Part shown: positions 58,559 to 64,000 of the stretch, in pieces | Numbering within the stretch: the stretch's first letter is position 1 | Layout: the number at the start of each line of letters is the position of its first letter | Assembly: GCA_039591655.1 (NCBI GenBank) | Contig: JBDHDE010000009.1 | Location: forward strand, 1-64,000 | Reading direction: 5' to 3' | DNA length: 64,000 nt | Origin: Gemmatimonadota bacterium | GTDB lineage: Bacteria > Gemmatimonadota > Gemmatimonadetes > Gemmatimonadales > GWC2-71-9 | Notes under the pieces: generated by a model | What the model was told of the DNA's origin: nothing | The model's database searches: none | What the model saw: only the letters and a program-made list of their open reading frames with translations | Made by a program: the position numbers and the translations under genes

Positions 58559-58993
58559 TCATCGCCCACCCCACAGCACGTTCACGATGACCCAGCTCCC
58601 GTTCCACTTTGCCAGGTGGAGGTAGTCCACGTAGCGCGCGGATGTCGCCACCACGGTCGCAATGTTGCCGTCCACCCGAAGCACCATCACCTCGACCTCG
58701 CCCTTCTGCTCAGGATGTTCGCTCCCTCCACCGGCCCGCGTGTACTCGACCATGTCGCTCTTGGTGATGGAGTTGATCATGCTCCTGCCAGTGGCCTCGT
58801 GCGTGAAGACAATGCGTTTCACGAGATCGGGGTGGAGGCTTCGCTCCATCCGGGTTACGTCGCCCGCCCACCATCCCTCGACGTAGTCGAGCACGGCCTG
58901 TTCGACCGCCCCTGTCTCGTCTGCCGTCTGCGCAGCCACCGGCCTCGGTGCCAACAGCACAATCAGCAGAAGCGTGAGTCTCAGTGTCCACAT
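58559..58993 (-). CDS. exported NTF2-like (lumazine-binding-like) protein
   Basis: Signal peptide; DYVEG..GD..RM...LHPDL.KR; YVDYLHLAK.NG.W.IVNVLW. Confidence 0.82.
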   Translation of the reverse strand: MWTLRLTLLLIVLLAPRPVAAQTADETGAVEQAVLDYVEGWWAGDVTRMERSLHPDLVKRIVFTHEATGRSMINSITKSDMVEYTRAGGGSEHPEQKGEVEVMVLRVDGNIATVVATSARYVDYLHLAKWNGSWVIVNVLWGGR

Positions 58994-59012
58994 GATTCCC
59001 CCGGTGATCTCC

Positions 59013-59411
59013 TCAGATGTCGCTCGACGAACGCACATCTCGTGTTGCGAGCGCCGCCCCAATTCCTACCGTCACCGCCGGAATGATCAGGTACGTGATC
59101 CCGATGTCGGCGACGTACTCTGCCACAGTCATCTTCATCGGCCCGCCCACCAGCATCAGCGGAGCGTCTATCGCCATGCTCATGACCATCCACAGCAGCC
59201 CGACGGCGACCCCCTCCTTCACGAACTCTCGCGTCACTCTCTTGAAGTAGGCGACACCGAACGCCACCGCGGCGACCGTTACGGCGACCGGCATGATGGA
59301 CTCGAAGAGGGCGCGGGACGACTCGCGCAGAGGGAAGATCGCGAAGGCCACAACGAAGGGAATGAGCCAGATAACGAAACCGAAGAGAACTGCTCTGGGT
59401 ATGGAGGTCAT
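59013..59411 (-). CDS. hypothetical 4-TM membrane protein
   Basis: Four hydrophobic segments; GGAG RBS. Confidence 0.75.
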   Translation of the reverse strand: MTSIPRAVLFGFVIWLIPFVVAFAIFPLRESSRALFESIMPVAVTVAAVAFGVAYFKRVTREFVKEGVAVGLLWMVMSMAIDAPLMLVGGPMKMTVAEYVADIGITYLIIPAVTVGIGAALATRDVRSSSDI

Positions 59412-59435
59412 GACGTTCTCCCGCTTCAGGCTGCC

Positions 59436-59978
59436 TCAGTCCCCGGATCCGAGCTGTGCGGCCACCTCCGATACGACCGAGAACGGCGCGGCCGGCTTGG
59501 CCCGGAACCGGGCGTCGAGTTCGTGCGCGTCCTTCTCGAGCGGAATGCTCTCGTACCGGAAGCCATTCTCCGCCCATCCCATCACGTACCGATGCACGAA
59601 CTCGTCGACGCCGAGGCGGGCGTATTGGACAACATGCACGAGCTCGTGGAACAGAGTAGGCAGGCGCTCGGCTGGTTCGACGGGACGAGCCTCCGACAGC
59701 AGGACGGTGTCCCCGAAGGTGATACCCGCCATCTGGCCGAAATCCAGGGGTATCGGTACGCCGTGCTGTGTCAGCACCTCGTAGAAGTCCGGGTTCGGAA
59801 CCACCGGTACCGACACGATGCGCACCTGGTCCAAGATCTCGTCGGGAAAGAACAGGCTGAGCACGTCACGGTCGTGCGGTCCCAACGGGTGCCCGCCGGG
59901 CCGGTGGCACTCGCGCTGGGCCATGACCCACTTCGGGCCACGTTCCAGGAACAGGTGGAGGACCTCGGCAACGTCCAT
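59436..59978 (-). CDS. HExxH protein (DUF4157-like)
   Basis: AGITFGDTV, FHELVHVVQY, IPLEKDA. Confidence 0.75.
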   Translation of the reverse strand: MDVAEVLHLFLERGPKWVMAQRECHRPGGHPLGPHDRDVLSLFFPDEILDQVRIVSVPVVPNPDFYEVLTQHGVPIPLDFGQMAGITFGDTVLLSEARPVEPAERLPTLFHELVHVVQYARLGVDEFVHRYVMGWAENGFRYESIPLEKDAHELDARFRAKPAAPFSVVSEVAAQLGSGD

Positions 59979-59988
59979 GGAGCGATCG

Positions 59989-60708
59989 CTATCCGGAATC
60001 TCGGTCTAACTCGCCTTCTTCCTTGCCTTCCTCTTCGCGGTCTTCTTCTTCCGGACCTTCTTTCTCCTGGTGGCTCTCTTCGCCGCCTTCTTCTTCTTGC
60101 CTCCCGGTGGTGGGCCGTTGCCCATCGGTCTGACTCCTATCAGAGGTGAAGAGCCTGGCTGCCGCAATGCAATACCATTCCAAGGACATCCTTGCCGAGA
60201 AGAACAGAACCACCAGCGCAAGCGCGATCAGCAGATAGACAAGGGTCGGCCATCCGTCGGCCACCTGGGAACTGGAACGCGCCACGAGCAGGAGCAGCAG
60301 GGCAATGAAGGTGTTCGCGTAGAATTGGTAGAATCTGTAGTAGAACTCCACGACCGTCTCGAATGCGGTCAACCGCCGGTCGTCGGCGAGCTGATCAAAG
60401 TGGATGATCGAGAGGTCCACGGGCTCGAGTATGGTGTACTCGGCGATGCGGGCGTAGTGGATTACACGGATGCCACGGGTGTACACGTAGTCCAACACCA
60501 GGGCGCGTACCCCGCTGATCACGATCCCCAGAGCCAGGGACGCGAGAAGGACGAAGAAGAAGACCCCCACGTTCTGGTCCTTGTCGACGGCTGCCGTCAA
60601 CCAGGCAGAAGCGAGCGGCGAGTGATAGGAGGCGGCGATCAGGCCGACGAAGCCCGGCGCGACGAACGCGATGACCGTTCCGAGAGTGACGCCGGTGATC
60701 TTTGCCAT
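59989..60708 (-). CDS. hypothetical multi-TM membrane protein with acidic tail
   Basis: Four hydrophobic helices; YYRFYQFYAN segment. Confidence 0.7.
   Translation of the reverse strand: MAKITGVTLGTVIAFVAPGFVGLIAASYHSPLASAWLTAAVDKDQNVGVFFFVLLASLALGIVISGVRALVLDYVYTRGIRVIHYARIAEYTILEPVDLSIIHFDQLADDRRLTAFETVVEFYYRFYQFYANTFIALLLLLVARSSSQVADGWPTLVYLLIALALVVLFFSARMSLEWYCIAAARLFTSDRSQTDGQRPTTGRQEEEGGEESHQEKEGPEEEDREEEGKEEGELDRDSG
60006..60125 (-). CDS. 39-aa Lys/Arg-rich peptide nested in the upstream gene's 3' end
   Basis: AGGAG RBS at 60134-60138; MGNGPPPGGKKKKAAKRATRRKKVRKKKTAKRKARKKAS. Confidence 0.5.
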   Translation of the reverse strand: MGNGPPPGGKKKKAAKRATRRKKVRKKKTAKRKARKKAS

Positions 60709-60888
60709 GGAAATAAGGTGTCACAGAATCGGCAGTTCCTCCAGGCCGCCGAGCCCCCCAAAAAAAGACGCCTAGCGGCGACAGCTGGTGGGGCGCAGGG
60801 CTTTCCTGCGGATCAATGGCTGCCAGCCACTAGACGTCTCGAGCGTCGGCGAATGTGCACCCCGGTACCGGGGTCCGCAAGGGCGCCT

Positions 60889-62547
60889 CTACATCCGCTT
60901 GTAGGCGGGACCCGCACCCCCCTCCCGAGGGGTCCACCGCGGACCGACGACATCCGTCGCCTTGCAGTCCACACAGTTGGGGGCGTTCACCCGGAGCTCG
61001 CCGTCGCTTACCTCGTACACCGCCGCCGGGCACAAGTGGGTGTAGAACTCCGCGACCTCCGCGGGGACGTCACCCGCCGCGATGAGGTGCGTCGGTATCG
61101 TATCCCGAGTGGCGTTCCCCGATTTGAAGACCGCGTCCACCTTGCTGACGGTGAGCTCATTGTCGGGCGCGAGGGATTCGTCGCCGCCGGGGACGCGGGG
61201 CGCGGCGGCATCGGGCTCCATGGGAATCCGCCTCCCCGGGATTCGCCCACCCGTGAGGCTCATGAGGCCTGCCTTGAGCGCGCCCTTCCAGAAGCCGTCC
61301 TTGAACGCGAGCCGCATGTTCCGCGTGCGGTAGAGATCGCTCGCGATGTAAGAGCTCTCCACCATCCGGTCATACTCGGCGAGCTTCGCTCCCGAGACGT
61401 CGTCGGTCTTGAGGGCCACGAAGATCGCCTTGGCGGCGAAGATCCCCGACTGCACCGCGTAGTGAATCCCCTTGAGGGACGGCACATCCACGAGCCCCGC
61501 CGAGTCGCCGAGGATCACCACGCCGTCGCCGGAGCGCCGCTCGGGCAATGCGTAGTAGCCGCCCTCCGGAATCGTCTTGGCGCCCCACTCGATCAGCTCC
61601 CCACCGTCCAGGTACCGCTTGAAGAGAGGATGCTGCTTCAGGCGCTGCAACAGGTCGTGCACGTCGAGCCTGCGCTGACGGTAGTCGAGCCCTACCACCA
61701 ACCCCAGCGCCGCGACCTTGGGCTCCAGGGGGTACATGAAGCTCCCTCCAAAGGCGTCGCGCGGGAGGGGCCAGCCCATGCTGTGAATCACCGTGTCCAG
61801 CGGCCGCTCGAGCTCCCACAGCTCCTTCACACCCAGTGCGAAGATCTGCGGATTGTGGGAGCCCACTCCCTGCCACTCGAGGTACGCCTGGGCGAGCATC
61901 CCCCTGGTCCCCTCCGCCAGGGCCGTCACCTTGGCCACTATGTCGGCGGGCGGCATGTAGTTGGACATCTCGTTGCCGTCCCGGTCGAGCCCCGAGGGCA
62001 CGGTGCGCACGCCCAGCACCTTGCTCCCCTCGGTGAGCAGCGCTCCCGCCGGAAAGCCAGCGAACACGTCCACGCCGAGCTCCTGTGCCCGCTCACCCAG
62101 CCAGCGCACGATCTCGCAGATGGACGCGACATAGTTGCCCTTGTTCTTCATCGTGGGCGGCGTGGGGAGCCGCCAGGCGCGGGTCTCGGAGAGGAAGTAG
62201 ATGTCCTCGCGGCTCACCGGCGAGCCAAAGGGAAAGTCCGCCTCACCGAGGTCGGGAAACAGCTCGCGTAACGGTCGGGGATTGACCACCGCCCCCGAGA
62301 GGGAATGCTCCCCCAGGGAGGCGGCCTTCTCCAGCACGCCAATGCTTACCTCGCCGAGGCCCTCGCCCGAGGCATTGTCCTGCTGCACGAGCTGCGCCAG
62401 GTGGATCGCTCCCGCCAACCCGGCGGGACCGGCACCGACGAACACTACGTCGAGGTCGATCCGCTCCTGGCCTGGAGCCTCACTCAGGATGAGCTGATCG
62501 CGGGGGAGCCCCGGTTGGTGGCTCGCGGGAATGATCGGTCCCGCCAT
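60889..62547 (-). CDS. electron transfer flavoprotein-ubiquinone oxidoreductase
   Basis: VGAGPAGL, SLSGAV, GVKELW, KGIHYA, CPAAVY, NCVDCK. Confidence 0.93.
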   Translation of the reverse strand: MAGPIIPASHQPGLPRDQLILSEAPGQERIDLDVVFVGAGPAGLAGAIHLAQLVQQDNASGEGLGEVSIGVLEKAASLGEHSLSGAVVNPRPLRELFPDLGEADFPFGSPVSREDIYFLSETRAWRLPTPPTMKNKGNYVASICEIVRWLGERAQELGVDVFAGFPAGALLTEGSKVLGVRTVPSGLDRDGNEMSNYMPPADIVAKVTALAEGTRGMLAQAYLEWQGVGSHNPQIFALGVKELWELERPLDTVIHSMGWPLPRDAFGGSFMYPLEPKVAALGLVVGLDYRQRRLDVHDLLQRLKQHPLFKRYLDGGELIEWGAKTIPEGGYYALPERRSGDGVVILGDSAGLVDVPSLKGIHYAVQSGIFAAKAIFVALKTDDVSGAKLAEYDRMVESSYIASDLYRTRNMRLAFKDGFWKGALKAGLMSLTGGRIPGRRIPMEPDAAAPRVPGGDESLAPDNELTVSKVDAVFKSGNATRDTIPTHLIAAGDVPAEVAEFYTHLCPAAVYEVSDGELRVNAPNCVDCKATDVVGPRWTPREGGAGPAYKRM

Positions 62548-62551
62548 CGCG

Positions 62552-63488
62552 TCACCCCTCCCGGATCTTGTTGATCTCCTCGGTGAGCCGCGGCATCACC
62601 TCGAAGAGATCCCCGACGATCCCGTAGTCCGCGACTTTGAAGATGGGGGCGTCGGCATCCTTGTTGATTGCGACGATCACCTTCGCGGTGCGGATACCGG
62701 CCAGGTGCTGGATCGCCCCGGAGATGCCGACCGCGAAGTACAGGCTGGGGCTCACGGTCTTGCCCGTCTGCCCCACCTGCTCGGCATGCGGCCGCCACCC
62801 GGCGTCCACCACGGCCCGGGAGGCGCCCACGGCACCGCCCACTGCCTCGGCCAGATCCTCGATGAGCTTGAAGCCCTCCGCGTCCTTGAGGCCGCGGCCC
62901 CCGGCCACCACCACCGATGCCTCGGCCACGTCCAGCGCGGCCCGCTCGGGCTGCTTGACCTCGATGGTCCTCGCCCTTGCGGCACCCACGGAGGCGGCCA
63001 CCATCTCCATGGCGCCCGCCTTGGAGGACTGGGCCGGCGAGACCGCGTTGGGCCGTAGGGAGATTACGCACGACGAGGCAGTGTTCTTGAGGGTGTAGAT
63101 CGCCTTGCCGCCGTATGCGGGACGGGTCACGACGACCCCGCCATCGTGCGCCACCGTCGTCACATCCGTGGCCAGCGGGCAGCCCAGTCGCGCCGCGACC
63201 CGCGGCGCCAGGTCCCGCCCCAGTGCCGTAGCGGGGATGATGACCGCCGCGTACCCACGCGTAGGCGTCGCCCTGATAGAGCTCGAACGCATCGTCGGCA
63301 GCGACGAACACCTTGTCAGCCCCGAACTCGCCCAATCCCCCGCTGCCCATCCCAGTCGGGCCGATCACCAGGGCGTGCACCTCCCCACCCATCGCGTCAG
63401 CCAGTCCGCGCGCCGCGGTGAGCGCCTCGTGCGACACACGCTTGAAGGTGCCGTCGCGCTGCTCAAGCACTGCCATCACGTTCGCCAT
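62552..63488 (-). pseudogene. etfA: electron transfer flavoprotein alpha subunit, frameshifted near 63255
   Basis: N-terminal part in one frame (MANVMAVLEQRDG..GADKV), remainder in another (GRDLAPRVAA..QVGQTGK..GISGAIQH). Confidence 0.85.
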
Positions 63489-64000
63489 CAGAGCACCTTC
63501 GCTTCGTTGCGGAGTGCATCGACCAGGGCGGGAACCGCCGCGACTCCCTCGCCCACGATCCGGCCTTCCTTGCGCTCCGGCGGCGGCGCCAGCCCCACCA
63601 CCTCCAGGCCGTCGGCTTCCAGCGAGGCGTCCTTCACCTCCAACGGCTTCTTCTTGGCCAGCATGATGCCGCGGAGCGCCGGGTAGCGCGGCTCGTTGAG
63701 GCCCTTGTCGGCTGTGATCACCCCCGGGAGGTCGAACTCCACCACCTCTACGCCGCCCTCGATCTCCCGCTCGGCCTTACCCTTGCCGTCGCCGATCTCG
63801 AGCTCCGTGATGGCGCTGGCGCAGGGGAGCTCTAGCAGCTCCGCCACCATCACGCCAACCCCGTGGTTGTAGTCGTCAATGGCCACCTTGCCGAAGAGGA
63901 TGAGGTCATAGCCTCCGTCCTCGAGCTCGGCGGCGAGCGCCCTCGCCACCGGCAGGGGATCGAGCCCAACGGCATCCGTCTTGAGCAGGATGCCGCGGTC
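63488..64000 (-). CDS. etfB: electron transfer flavoprotein beta subunit (5' part beyond the window)
   Basis: DLILFGKVAID, REIEGG, LNEPRYP..GIM.AKKK. Confidence 0.93.
   Translation of the reverse strand, partial: DRGILLKTDAVGLDPLPVARALAAELEDGGYDLILFGKVAIDDYNHGVGVMVAELLELPCASAITELEIGDGKGKAEREIEGGVEVVEFDLPGVITADKGLNEPRYPALRGIMLAKKKPLEVKDASLEADGLEVVGLAPPPERKEGRIVGEGVAAVPALVDALRNEAKVL

Overview
High-GC bacterial chromosome segment. The gene content suggests Gemmatimonadota (inference). About 6.8-57.2 kb and 60.9-64 kb are core genes: tig-clpP-clpX-engB, a hybrid histidine kinase facing a PilB/GspE-REC fusion, trpE, an FHA-GAF adenylate cyclase, maf-dtd-glmS-glmM, purD-mutM, menG/ubiD/ubiA/ubiX, an ECF sigma operon, mrp, nrnA, guaB, a tungstate/Moco cluster and an ETF system. 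There are two accessory blocks. The first (1-6650) lies on the 5' side of tRNA-Leu(TAG). It carries a previously unrecognised set of att-like repeats: three copies of a ~92-102 bp arm that each begin CTGGTAA, a 13-bp copy of the tRNA anticodon-loop region at 1901-1913, and a 21-bp left-arm repeat at 1793 and 6478. These repeats separate cargo genes (a GMP synthase subunit B pseudogene and three lipoproteins), and no integrase is present in the window. This integrase-less, tRNA-anchored stacked array is the best candidate for an undescribed system. The second block (57.2-60.8 kb) is a run of small unrelated minus-strand genes. Other oddities are an ATP-grasp ligase paired with a four-zinc-ribbon metallopeptidase between DNA-repair genes, a palindromic insert encoding a translationally coupled basic peptide between ubiA and ubiX, two ECF-type promoters bracketing the sigma gene, and a frameshifted etfA. 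All calls come from reading the sequence; no searches were run.
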